This document shows, in pieces, positions 1 to 7,498 of a stretch of DNA of 64,000 bases. The notes below the pieces were generated by a model that was not told the origin of the DNA, searched no databases, and worked only from the letters and a program-made list of their open reading frames with translations. Numbering within the stretch: position 1 is the stretch's first letter; each line of letters opens with the position of its first letter. Made by a program: the position numbers and the translations under genes. This stretch comes from a virus. The stretch spans positions 64,001-128,000 of the IMG/VR virus record IMGVR_UViG_3300030107_007542, one strand, 5' to 3'.

Positions 1-747
1 ACCAATGGTCACCTTATTAGACGTATAGTGGGCAACTGCAGTGCCGCCGATTCTCAGATAATTATTGTCCGCAATATTAGTGTCCTTGGCAAAGTATGCA
101 CCCTCAGAGGCTGTGAGTTGTGAGGTAACAGTGGTTACGTCTGCGGCAGCGTCACCCAGATATGCATTCCCTTGTGCCCTGAACGTTCCGCCGACATCCA
201 AGGTATACGAAGGAGAAGTGTCCATGATCCCTACTTTTTGGTCCCCTTGGATGTATAAAATATCCTGGCCGGTGCCGTCACCATCAGCATCAGCATACCA
301 AAATCTTAGTGACGCTTCATCTTGGGAACCCTGTGCTGCTGGATCTCCATAGATAGTCCAGTCCCACGAATTTCCGTACGGACCGTTGGTGTCTGCCGTA
401 TTGGTGAAACTGAGTCTGCCACCGGAATTTTGGTCCTCGTGTAGAACAAGCTGAGCATCATCTCCGGCGCTATTTTTAGAAACATGAACAGCCCCAGTTA
501 CCACAAGCTCATGACCCGGGGTTGCAGTAGAGCCAATATTAACACTGCTTGTAGTGTAAATGGCCGAGCCATTAATTTCTATAAAAGGTCCTGTGGTGTC
601 CTCTGCTCCTGCAAGAACCAATTCGGAATTCGAGTTTATGGCAATATAGCCATTGGCCGCAGGAGTGCCGCTATCAATTTCTTGTCCCAGATTGTCGACA
701 AGAAAACGAAGAAGTCTTCCTCTAGATTGTGCCTGCGAAAAACTCAT
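1..747 (-). CDS. Tail-fibre-like virion protein, N-terminal 249 aa (runs off the left edge; absent from the ORF track)
   Basis: Hand translation from ATG at 747 (ATGA overlap with the upstream stop) is open to base 1: MSFSQAQSRGRLLRFLVDNLG...SVNIGSTATPGHELVVTG...KVGIMDTSPSYTLDVGG...YTSNKVTIG. The VGI-x-T-x-P-x-x-x-LDV-x-G repeats are typical of phage fibre/spike shafts. Confidence 0.7.
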   Translation of the reverse strand, partial: MSFSQAQSRGRLLRFLVDNLGQEIDSGTPAANGYIAINSNSELVLAGAEDTTGPFIEINGSAIYTTSSVNIGSTATPGHELVVTGAVHVSKNSAGDDAQLVLHEDQNSGGRLSFTNTADTNGPYGNSWDWTIYGDPAAQGSQDEASLRFWYADADGDGTGQDILYIQGDQKVGIMDTSPSYTLDVGGTFRAQGNAYLGDAAADVTTVTSQLTASEGAYFAKDTNIADNNYLRIGGTAVAHYTSNKVTIG

Positions 748-1205
748 TTAACTATTTCGGTTGATAAAGCAAATATACCCAACGATGTAAGAGTTCCAAT
801 TCCAAAACCTAAAGCCACCAAAAACGGATCCTTGCCAGGCTTCTGTTGAACAACCAGATCCATAAGTCGGTCGTTCTCGGCAGTCTTCAAAATCATCATC
901 GACTCATATTTGTCTTTCCAAGAAGCAATCTCAATATCTTTATAATCTAATTGCAACTGGTATCTTTCTCCTTGTACATGAAGCTCGTAACTAATTCGAA
1001 GATCACACTCGGCATCTTCAAACTTCTTTTCGGTGGCAATCTTTGCCGCGGCATCAAGGGACAAAAGCACCCCATCAAATGGCACCACATCGCCTGCCTC
1101 TACTGGCAGCACAGTGTACTCTGGTGATGGATCCTCCTCCGCAAAAGCCATTGCGGGACATGCCAAAAAGGTTATTAAGTAAAGTGACAATATTTTCTTA
1201 ATCAT
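744..1205 (-). CDS. Exported membrane protein, candidate spanin component
   Basis: N-terminal signal peptide (MIKKILSLYLITFLAC-PAMAFA; weak lipobox FLAC or a signal peptidase I site), central coiled-coil and C-terminal TM helix (PFLVALGFGIGTLTSLGIFAL). Coupled to the upstream i-spanin-like gene. Confidence 0.45.
   Translation of the reverse strand: MIKKILSLYLITFLACPAMAFAEEDPSPEYTVLPVEAGDVVPFDGVLLSLDAAAKIATEKKFEDAECDLRISYELHVQGERYQLQLDYKDIEIASWKDKYESMMILKTAENDRLMDLVVQQKPGKDPFLVALGFGIGTLTSLGIFALSTEIVK
749..756 (-). promoter_or_regulatory. Candidate late-promoter motif AATAGTTA
   Basis: Matches the ANTANTTA consensus, 1 nt upstream of the fibre-gene ATG. It lies within coding sequence, so it may be coincidental. 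Confidence 0.25.
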
Positions 1206-1618
1206 TATTTTAATCCAAATGCCTCTGCTAACTCTTTGGCTAGCTTCTCAGGGTCATTATAACTCTCATCAATTAGTCTTTTAAGTTCAGCCTCTTTTTG
1301 CTTATCCAGAGTCTCTCCTCTTTTAGCAAACTCCTCCTCTATTTGTGCCCTTCTCTTAAGATGTTCTTCTAGGCGCGCATTCTTCTCGGATATTTCTGTG
1401 TCATGTATGCGTGTCAGAGTTTCCATCTCTTTATCGTGCGCCTCTCTTTTCGTCTCTAGGAGATCGAGAACGGCGGCGAAGAGCACTCCATTTCTAGTTA
1501 TCGCGCCGATTAATGCAGCGCACAGAAATAGCAACCCTATAACAATAATCCACCAAAACTTTTTACACCAGAGCCAAGCTTTTTTTAAAGCTGTTTTAAT
1601 TTTTATTGGTGCTATCAT
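1205..1618 (-). CDS. i-spanin-like protein (N-terminal TM + coiled-coil)
   Basis: Basic N-terminus, TM helix (FWWIIVIGLLFLCAALIGAI), then a long E/K/R-rich coiled-coil. Directly downstream of a holin-like gene. Confidence 0.5.
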   Translation of the reverse strand: MIAPIKIKTALKKAWLWCKKFWWIIVIGLLFLCAALIGAITRNGVLFAAVLDLLETKREAHDKEMETLTRIHDTEISEKNARLEEHLKRRAQIEEEFAKRGETLDKQKEAELKRLIDESYNDPEKLAKELAEAFGLK

Positions 1619-1800
1619 TTATAGCCCTTCAACTTTGCAACAGCATCAATAATCGTTTGTCCTCCGATATAAACCGTGGTAATGATTACCCAATCGCTGG
1701 ATGCCAAGTCTGCGAAAAGGAGCAAACAAGTGGCCGTTGCCCACGCCATCAGCTTTCGGGAAACTAGCTTCTCCAAGCCTTTATCTATAATATGTCTCAT
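1615..1800 (-). CDS. Holin-like small membrane protein (61 aa)
   Basis: SD AAGGAG 6 nt before the ATG at 1800 (the ORF-track start at 2010 overlaps the opposite-strand gene). Two hydrophobic segments after SRK (LMAWATATCLLLFA; WVIITTVYIGGQTIIDAV) and a basic C-terminus. Confidence 0.5.
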   Translation of the reverse strand: MRHIIDKGLEKLVSRKLMAWATATCLLLFADLASSDWVIITTVYIGGQTIIDAVAKLKGYK

Positions 1801-1815
1801 GGTCATCTCCTTCTT

Positions 1816-1825
1816 ACTAATTAGA
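1816..1825. promoter_or_regulatory. Palindromic CTAATTAG between back-to-back ribosome-binding sites; candidate bidirectional late promoter
   Basis: ACTAATTA on + (16 nt before ATG 1840) and TCTAATTA on - (17 nt before ATG 1800), each followed by an SD (AAAGGA / AAGGAG). Confidence 0.35.
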
Positions 1826-1839
1826 AAGGAATCAAATGT

Positions 1840-2541
1840 ATGTCTAAACAACTTAAATACAAGCTCAAAAAAACCCTTAAAAATGCAGAGTTTGTGCACG
1901 CTGATCTGGAGTACCACCAACAGCTCTCTCAAGAGGCCATGCGTGAATTTACAGAAGAGGTCAATAAGCTGCTTGCGAAGTTGTCCCCAGAAGATCAACA
2001 GAAAATACAAGACTTTTTAAATTCGAGAATGCCGCCGATACCGGTACGGCCTCCAGAAGATCTTGCAGAACAAGCAGAAGAAGAAATTGAACAGGAGGAC
2101 GACTCCTCAACCGAGATAGTCCCTACCGACATCGAGCCAGAAAACGAGAGTTCACCTCCCAAAGTCGATAAAGATGCCGAACTTAAAAAACTATTCCGAC
2201 GTATTGCAGAACATACTCATCCCGATAAAGCTAAAGCCAATGGATTTTCGGACCGAGAAGTCAGTCGAATGCTCAATCTTTTCATTCGAGCAAAGGAGGC
2301 GCAAGAAAGCGGCAATTGGTATATCCTTTATTCCATAGCCATCGAATTGGGTCTTGAGATAGATGACCCAACTGAAGAAGAGATTGAATGGATCGAAGAA
2401 GATATCAAGGGAACACTTGCGCAGATTGCCAATCTGGCTAATCTCACAGCATGGCACTGGTATCTGGGGGATGAAGGGGCAAAAAAAATGGCTTTAAAAT
2501 TTTACTTCCTGGAAGCCTTTGGATTTGATTACCCTCTTTGA
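1840..2541 (+). CDS. J-domain (DnaJ-like) protein with N-terminal coiled-coil
   Basis: ELKKLFRRIAEHTHPDK followed by a helix III-like segment (RMLNLFIRAKEAQE) gives the HPD motif. Acidic/Pro-rich linker, SD AAAGGA. The only credible plus-strand gene. Confidence 0.75.
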   Translation: MSKQLKYKLKKTLKNAEFVHADLEYHQQLSQEAMREFTEEVNKLLAKLSPEDQQKIQDFLNSRMPPIPVRPPEDLAEQAEEEIEQEDDSSTEIVPTDIEPENESSPPKVDKDAELKKLFRRIAEHTHPDKAKANGFSDREVSRMLNLFIRAKEAQESGNWYILYSIAIELGLEIDDPTEEEIEWIEEDIKGTLAQIANLANLTAWHWYLGDEGAKKMALKFYFLEAFGFDYPL

Positions 2542-2597
2542 TTCTTTTTCTTGAACTTTAAGCCACTCAGTAGCGCGTTCCAAAATGCTGTGTTCAT
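2529..2597 (-). CDS. Possible 22-aa peptide MNTAFWNALLSGLKFKKKNQRG
   Basis: ATG overlaps the TGA of the Mre11-Rad50 gene (ATGA). It fills the convergent gap and overlaps the 3' end of the J-domain gene. Confidence 0.25.
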   Translation of the reverse strand: MNTAFWNALLSGLKFKKKNQRG

Positions 2598-5500
2598 TGA
2601 TTTACCCTCGCAAAGCCGTCTTTCTTATCAATTGTAATCTCTAAGTCCACGATATCCTTAAGTGAATCAACGTGGGAGATTAATATAACTGTTTTGAAAT
2701 ACATCTTAATTAGCTGGAGAATACGAATGAACCCCTCCATGTTTTCAGCATCAAGGGCGGTTCCGGGTTCGTCGAGGATAAAAACATTACCCTTGGGAAG
2801 CGACGAGACCGAAAGGAGAGCCAAGCGAATGGCCATAGCTGCGACAGTCTTCTCCGCACCGGAGCCCATCTCGATAGGTCGAGGCTCATGCTTTGGGTGC
2901 TTAATCAGAATATCTAACTTCCGGCCGTCCTCCTGAAAGAAGGCGTCGAAATCTACAATATTAGAAAGTACCTTAGCTATCTCCCCATTAATGACTGGCA
3001 ACCGCTTCTTAATAATATCATAAGCAATCCCATTAGAATGAGTGCATCGCATGAACAAATCATAAGCCGCATATTCCTCTCGTATTTCGTTAATCTCTTG
3101 TTTCTTATCTTTTAGATCTTCGACTCTTTGTTCCATCGAGCCAAGCTGGCGGTGATGGAGGTTGATAGATTCTTCGACTTCGGTAATATCGGCCTGAAAT
3201 TCAGCAATCTTTTTGTCGACGGCAGTGCGTGAGTTAATAAGCTTCTCAATGTTTTTAATCAGATCTTTCTTCTCTTCATACAAATCAATCTTGTCGTTAG
3301 TAGCACGCAAGCCGTCGCGATAGCCTTTAATCTTTGCATAAAGCTTTTCAATAGATACCTTGTTATCTCTCTTCTCAATCTCAATATTGTTCTTGTAAAT
3401 GATGGTATTATTATAATTGTCAATAAGATTAATCATCTCCGCCGAATTTACTGATACAACTCGTGCCTTGTAATCCTTGGCTTCCTCGATCTTATTAACT
3501 ATTTCCACCTCTAGTGATGGCAAGTCCACCGCTGCTACATTTGCATCATGAATGAACTGGCACGTGGGGTACTTGTTGCCACAAGGTACCTCATCTAGCA
3601 AGTCTAACTTCTTGCTCATGGTCTTATAATTATTATCCAGAAGGCGGGCCCTGTTGACAGTATCCTCATACTTCTGTTTAAAGTCATCATAATCCTTTTT
3701 TTGGGCCAATAAATCCTCGATGTCGATAGTTGTCAAAAAATCATCATAATCTTTCAGCTTTTCATTATAGTGAGTATTTTCTTCTTTCAACTCTACAATA
3801 TTCACATCCGTATCTGCTATCTTCTTTTCCAAGGCAGAGCGCGTCTCTAGCAAATTCTTGATATCAAGACGTTCGGCAGGGATAGAATCAATCTGTTCTG
3901 TTAGGTCTGCTTGTTTTTGCAACGCCACAGAGAGATCGAGGCGTAACTGATCGCAGCTTTCAACTTCCTTATCGAGTGCTTTTTGTGCTTCCTCATGCTG
4001 AACCTCGGCAAGTGCAATATCATTATTATAATCTGTATCTCCGATACGCCGAATCACCGCTTTTAGGTCCGAACTATCCTCATGAGCCAACTTAAACTTT
4101 TTCTCAAAGATATCTAAATCCAAGAACTTAGCAAGGATTTCCTTCCGACGAGTAGAGCCTTCCTTAATAAACGACAAACTGTCGAGCTGGCTGGACATAG
4201 AGGTCAGCAAAAAGTCTTCCACTGTTCCAAAACGCTTGCGAATATGTGCATCCGTCTCGTTACGTGTAGTTCCATTGAGGCTCGTCTGCTCGCCGACTGC
4301 TGGGTCGAGGCCGCTGAACTCCAGAAAAGTGCGAGCCTCATTGGTCACTTCGCCCTTGAGCTTCTTCACATACTTCTCGGACTTACGTTCAATATTATAC
4401 GTCTTGTCACCAACTTGTAGTTCCAAACGACCTACGCAGTCTTTCTTGTTTTGATTGATAATGTTATAATTTTTACGCTCGTTCTTAGACGTTGTGTTGA
4501 ACATGGTATAAAGGAAGCCATCAATAATGCTTGACTTCCCTGAGAAGTTCTTTCCGAAGATGCCAACAATGCCATTCAAGTTGGTGAAGTCAACGCTGTT
4601 GCCCTCGCCGTAGTTGAAGAGATTGTCCCACTCAAACTTATTGAGATTCCAATTAACGTTTCGTGCAACCTCTTCGGTTTCCTCAATCTTCGAGTTATAC
4701 TTTCGATTAAGCTCAAAGACTCGCTCTAACATTTGCTCGCTGGGCTGATAGTCAACCAAATACTCACGGATGAGATCTTCCTGGACTCCTTTATCTCTGA
4801 GATTTTCGACCTTGAAGCCAGAGCCGACCTCGACGGTGCCACGCTCACCAGCAGCACGATTTAGAAACGTGATACTCTCGGGCTTGAAACGGTGCTTGGC
4901 AATCTCCACGGCCTTACGCATAACGTCAAGGGGAAGATTATTGTTGCTCACAAGACGCAAGCGTGAGGTCGGGGGAATCTTGGTGCCCTTTGGCATCCGC
5001 CCTTTTGGCGTGAGTTCGATTGTTACGAATGGTTTTGGATTAAGCAAAACATGGTGACTCACGCGAAATTCGTTTTTGTCTTCAATTTCCCAAATGAGAA
5101 ATCCCTTATCATTTGTCTCGCCATGATTCTGTTGAACGGTACTACCGCAATACCTCACGCGACCTTCTGTATCCAGAATTTGATTTGTTTTGTGGATGTC
5201 ACCCAACATTGCAAAGTCGTGGCCGGCGAAGACACCAACATCATGATCTCCATGATCCATCACCCAGCCGGTGTCAGTTTTAACGCCAGACACAGAACCA
5301 TGATAAAGCGCAATGTTGATGCGTGAGTTGTCGCTTGGAGCAACCCAATTCTCCTCGTCAAAAACAGATAGCACGTTGAGGGCGAGATCCGGCTCTAGAA
5401 CGGTCTCACCGGCATTCTTTAGCAGGTGTAGGTTCGGCAAATCCAAAGCCTTTACAATCGGCGACAGCGCGTCCTGGCGGGTGCTGTTCTTCAGGTTGCC

Positions 5501-5746
5501 ATCGTGGTTGCCCAAGATAATGTAGGTTGGTGCGATTTTCGCTAGATTTGCAAAAAAGTCGGAGCAAAGCTCAACGAACTCTGGTGAAATCTGTGTCTTA
5601 GTGTGGGCGATGTCGCCGCAGTGAACGATGTAGTCCACGCTCTCTTTCCGAAGAATCTCGTAAAGCTGTTCGAATACCTTCTTATATTCGTAATGAAATT
5701 TTAAGTTTTTTATATGCGTGTCCGCAAGATGCGCTATTTTATACAC
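2594..5746 (-). CDS. sbcD-sbcC: Fused Mre11/SbcD nuclease - Rad50/SbcC ATPase (T4 gp47-gp46-like recombination exonuclease)
   Basis: Phosphoesterase motifs DTH, GDIAH, GNHD, HG, GDIH. Walker A GKNFSGKSS, long coiled-coil with PCGNKYPTC hook, signature MGSGAEK, Walker B/D-loop ILDEPGTALD, H-loop ISH. GTG start with SD AGGGGA. Confidence 0.93.
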   Translation of the reverse strand: MYKIAHLADTHIKNLKFHYEYKKVFEQLYEILRKESVDYIVHCGDIAHTKTQISPEFVELCSDFFANLAKIAPTYIILGNHDGNLKNSTRQDALSPIVKALDLPNLHLLKNAGETVLEPDLALNVLSVFDEENWVAPSDNSRINIALYHGSVSGVKTDTGWVMDHGDHDVGVFAGHDFAMLGDIHKTNQILDTEGRVRYCGSTVQQNHGETNDKGFLIWEIEDKNEFRVSHHVLLNPKPFVTIELTPKGRMPKGTKIPPTSRLRLVSNNNLPLDVMRKAVEIAKHRFKPESITFLNRAAGERGTVEVGSGFKVENLRDKGVQEDLIREYLVDYQPSEQMLERVFELNRKYNSKIEETEEVARNVNWNLNKFEWDNLFNYGEGNSVDFTNLNGIVGIFGKNFSGKSSIIDGFLYTMFNTTSKNERKNYNIINQNKKDCVGRLELQVGDKTYNIERKSEKYVKKLKGEVTNEARTFLEFSGLDPAVGEQTSLNGTTRNETDAHIRKRFGTVEDFLLTSMSSQLDSLSFIKEGSTRRKEILAKFLDLDIFEKKFKLAHEDSSDLKAVIRRIGDTDYNNDIALAEVQHEEAQKALDKEVESCDQLRLDLSVALQKQADLTEQIDSIPAERLDIKNLLETRSALEKKIADTDVNIVELKEENTHYNEKLKDYDDFLTTIDIEDLLAQKKDYDDFKQKYEDTVNRARLLDNNYKTMSKKLDLLDEVPCGNKYPTCQFIHDANVAAVDLPSLEVEIVNKIEEAKDYKARVVSVNSAEMINLIDNYNNTIIYKNNIEIEKRDNKVSIEKLYAKIKGYRDGLRATNDKIDLYEEKKDLIKNIEKLINSRTAVDKKIAEFQADITEVEESINLHHRQLGSMEQRVEDLKDKKQEINEIREEYAAYDLFMRCTHSNGIAYDIIKKRLPVINGEIAKVLSNIVDFDAFFQEDGRKLDILIKHPKHEPRPIEMGSGAEKTVAAMAIRLALLSVSSLPKGNVFILDEPGTALDAENMEGFIRILQLIKMYFKTVILISHVDSLKDIVDLEITIDKKDGFARVNQ

Positions 5747-5772
5747 GTAGTTATCCCCTAGTCTATGATACT

Positions 5773-5800
5773 AGTATACAGGATGGGTAGGTGGTGTCAA
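5773..5800 (-). promoter_or_regulatory. Sigma70-type promoter for the Mre11-Rad50 gene
   Basis: TTGACA (5800-5795), 16-nt spacer, TATACT (5778-5773). A/T-rich UP-like tract upstream, in one of the few intergenic gaps. Confidence 0.75.
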
Positions 5801-5819
5801 GGATTATTTTTGACTTTTA

Positions 5820-6257
5820 TTAGTAATAGCCGCCGCCCTTGGGCTTATTGCGGTCACGGCTAGTGTCACTCGAAGGTCGTGCTGGTTTCTCGCGATCCTT
5901 TTTAGACTGGCCGCCGGTGCCCGTGGAACGATACTCCTCCATCGGAGCGTACATCGGGTTGGCGAGGAGGTGGCGAAGTTCAGCAACCATGTCGGCGTCT
6001 AAACTCATGGCGAAGTCTTTCAACTCTTCCCTGCTCATTGCCGCAAGAAGCTCTCTTGCTTTAATACGCCTAATCATTTGCTCTTTGGGTGTACCGCCAG
6101 TGAACTTTTCGTCCGATTGGAGGTCTCCCAGGCTCGGGGCATCGTCGCCATAGGCTGCACTGTGTGCCGCGCGGCCTGTCATATCGGGCGGAAAGCGATT
6201 CGCTTCATTAAGTTCTTCTCTAATAATCTCTTTGAGTCTTTGTTTGGTGATTTTCAT
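5820..6257 (-). CDS. Small protein with MKITKxRLKEIIxEELNE leader; candidate internal head protein
   Basis: Start at 6257 (SD GGAGAG, ATGA overlap). Leader nearly identical to that of the next gene. Low-complexity basic C-terminus ending GGGYY. Confidence 0.6.
   Translation of the reverse strand: MKITKQRLKEIIREELNEANRFPPDMTGRAAHSAAYGDDAPSLGDLQSDEKFTGGTPKEQMIRRIKARELLAAMSREELKDFAMSLDADMVAELRHLLANPMYAPMEEYRSTGTGGQSKKDREKPARPSSDTSRDRNKPKGGGYY
6201..6257 (-). repeat. Copy 1 of a 57-nt direct repeat encoding the shared leader
   Basis: 50/57 nt identical to 6518..6574 by manual comparison. Confidence 0.85.
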
Positions 6258-6574
6258 CGGTCTCTCCATCTCCCTGTTCTCGCTCCGTAAGCAAGTCTAT
6301 CAATTTCCCGCTGTGACGGGTTGCCGCTCAGTTCCATAGCCGGGGTTCGGTGCTCTTCGATGAATTCCTGAATCTTCAGAAGCTCTTCAAGAACATCAAT
6401 ATCTTCGCCAGCAGGTGAACTAACTACGACGGGGCGCCCTTGGCGCTCTTCGTGCTGTAGGCGATTAATCAAATTAAAGACGAGGCTAGCTGCATCGTCT
6501 AGTGCCGTGCGCTCTTCTGCTTCATTAAGCTCTTCCTTAATAATCTCTTTTAGTCTTGCTTTGGTGATTTTCAT
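6254..6574 (-). CDS. Small protein with MKITKARLKEIIKEELNE leader; candidate internal head protein
   Basis: Shared leader followed by unrelated sequence; ATGA-coupled on both sides. Confidence 0.6.
   Translation of the reverse strand: MKITKARLKEIIKEELNEAEERTALDDAASLVFNLINRLQHEERQGRPVVVSSPAGEDIDVLEELLKIQEFIEEHRTPAMELSGNPSQREIDRLAYGARTGRWRDR
6518..6574 (-). repeat. Copy 2 of the 57-nt direct repeat
   Basis: 50/57 nt identical to 6201..6257. Confidence 0.85.
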
Positions 6575-6987
6575 CTTGGTTCTCCGGGTCGATCGACGGT
6601 TACTAGCATTCCCAACGCCTCGGCCAACTCCCTCTGTGCTTGATCCATTTGGTCGGCGGCTGCGCTAAAGAGTGCTTGGATAGCTAGGTCAACAAAACCT
6701 TCGGGGGCTCCCAACTCTTGAGCGGCCGCGGTGATTTCGCGGTCCCAGCGCATTCGGCCGGCTTCCTTCATCGGTCCTGTGCACATTTCTTTGGCCTCAG
6801 GCTGGGATAGTCCCTTGGGTCGGTCGGCGTCTTCATCAGCCATTGCGCACATGTAGTTGCGCTGCTTTTCAGAGTGTACCTCTTTCAGCCTGTCCTCTCC
6901 CATATAGCGAATCTCATAGATCATCACAGCTCTCTTGTATAGCTCTTCTTGGATGATCTCTGTTAGTCGGGCGCGAGATATTTTCAT
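6571..6987 (-). CDS. Small protein with diverged leader MKISRARLTEIIQEEL; candidate internal head protein
   Basis: Third leader paralogue. Internal segment EVHSEKQRNYMC...EMCTGPMKE flanked by LKE/MKE. Confidence 0.55.
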   Translation of the reverse strand: MKISRARLTEIIQEELYKRAVMIYEIRYMGEDRLKEVHSEKQRNYMCAMADEDADRPKGLSQPEAKEMCTGPMKEAGRMRWDREITAAAQELGAPEGFVDLAIQALFSAAADQMDQAQRELAEALGMLVTVDRPGEPR

Positions 6988-6989
6988 TA

Positions 6990-7340
6990 CTAATCCAAAT
7001 CCGTAGACATTAGTCGTACTTCTTCAATAGCCGCGCGAACTTCGTCCATGAAGCCCATTCGAGTTCTACGATAATCTTCCGGGTCCTCTTCTGTGTTAAC
7101 ACCCAAGCCTTTGAGATCTGCAATTTTATCATAGATCTGGCTCATGAGATTATCCAATTCTTCATTGGCCACCTCAGAGTCGGCCACCATTTGAGCCAAT
7201 TGGCTACTCAAATCATCAACATCATCGGCGGGCTCGCTTGAATCAGACGGGCCCAGACCTGGGAGATCCAGCTGTGCCGGCGCTGGTGATTCCTGAGCTT
7301 CTGTCAGGAACTTCTTCCATTGTCCGGACACGAAGGTCAT
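6990..7340 (-). CDS. Small acidic protein with WKKFLTE-A leader; candidate internal head protein
   Basis: MTFVSGQWKKFLTEA resembles the T4 capsid-targeting sequence ending (F-x-x-E); very acidic body. Confidence 0.55.
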   Translation of the reverse strand: MTFVSGQWKKFLTEAQESPAPAQLDLPGLGPSDSSEPADDVDDLSSQLAQMVADSEVANEELDNLMSQIYDKIADLKGLGVNTEEDPEDYRRTRMGFMDEVRAAIEEVRLMSTDLD

Positions 7341-7343
7341 GGC

Positions 7344-7484
7344 CTAGCAAAGCCCTGCGAGAACAAGACCAGCGACGACGCCGGCAGCACCCTGAAGTGC
7401 CATGAGCACATAAACTTCTCGGGATCCCTGAAGAAGTGCAAGCTGTTTTGCAAGTGTTAAAGTATCTTTCATAAGTTGCTTCAT
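7344..7484 (-). CDS. 46-aa putative membrane peptide (not in the ORF track)
   Basis: SD GAGGAG, ATG 7484, TAG 7344: MKQLMKDTLTLAKQLALLQGSREVYVLMALQGAAGVVAGLVLAGLC. Gly-rich hydrophobic C-terminus; fills a gap exactly. Confidence 0.6.
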   Translation of the reverse strand: MKQLMKDTLTLAKQLALLQGSREVYVLMALQGAAGVVAGLVLAGLC

Positions 7485-7498
7485 TTTGATATACTCCT

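Noticed and set aside
1786-1791. Perfect TATAAT upstream of the J-domain gene as a sigma70 promoter
   Set aside because: No recognisable -35 or extended -10, and it lies within the holin coding sequence. Not listed as a feature.
1798-1812. Met-Thr-Met as a lambda-S-type dual-start (holin/antiholin) motif
   Set aside because: The first ATG abuts the SD with no spacer, and the extra residues add no positive charge.
1615-2010. 131-aa ORF-track version of the holin-like gene
   Set aside because: The extension overlaps the J-domain gene on the other strand. The SD supports ATG 1800.
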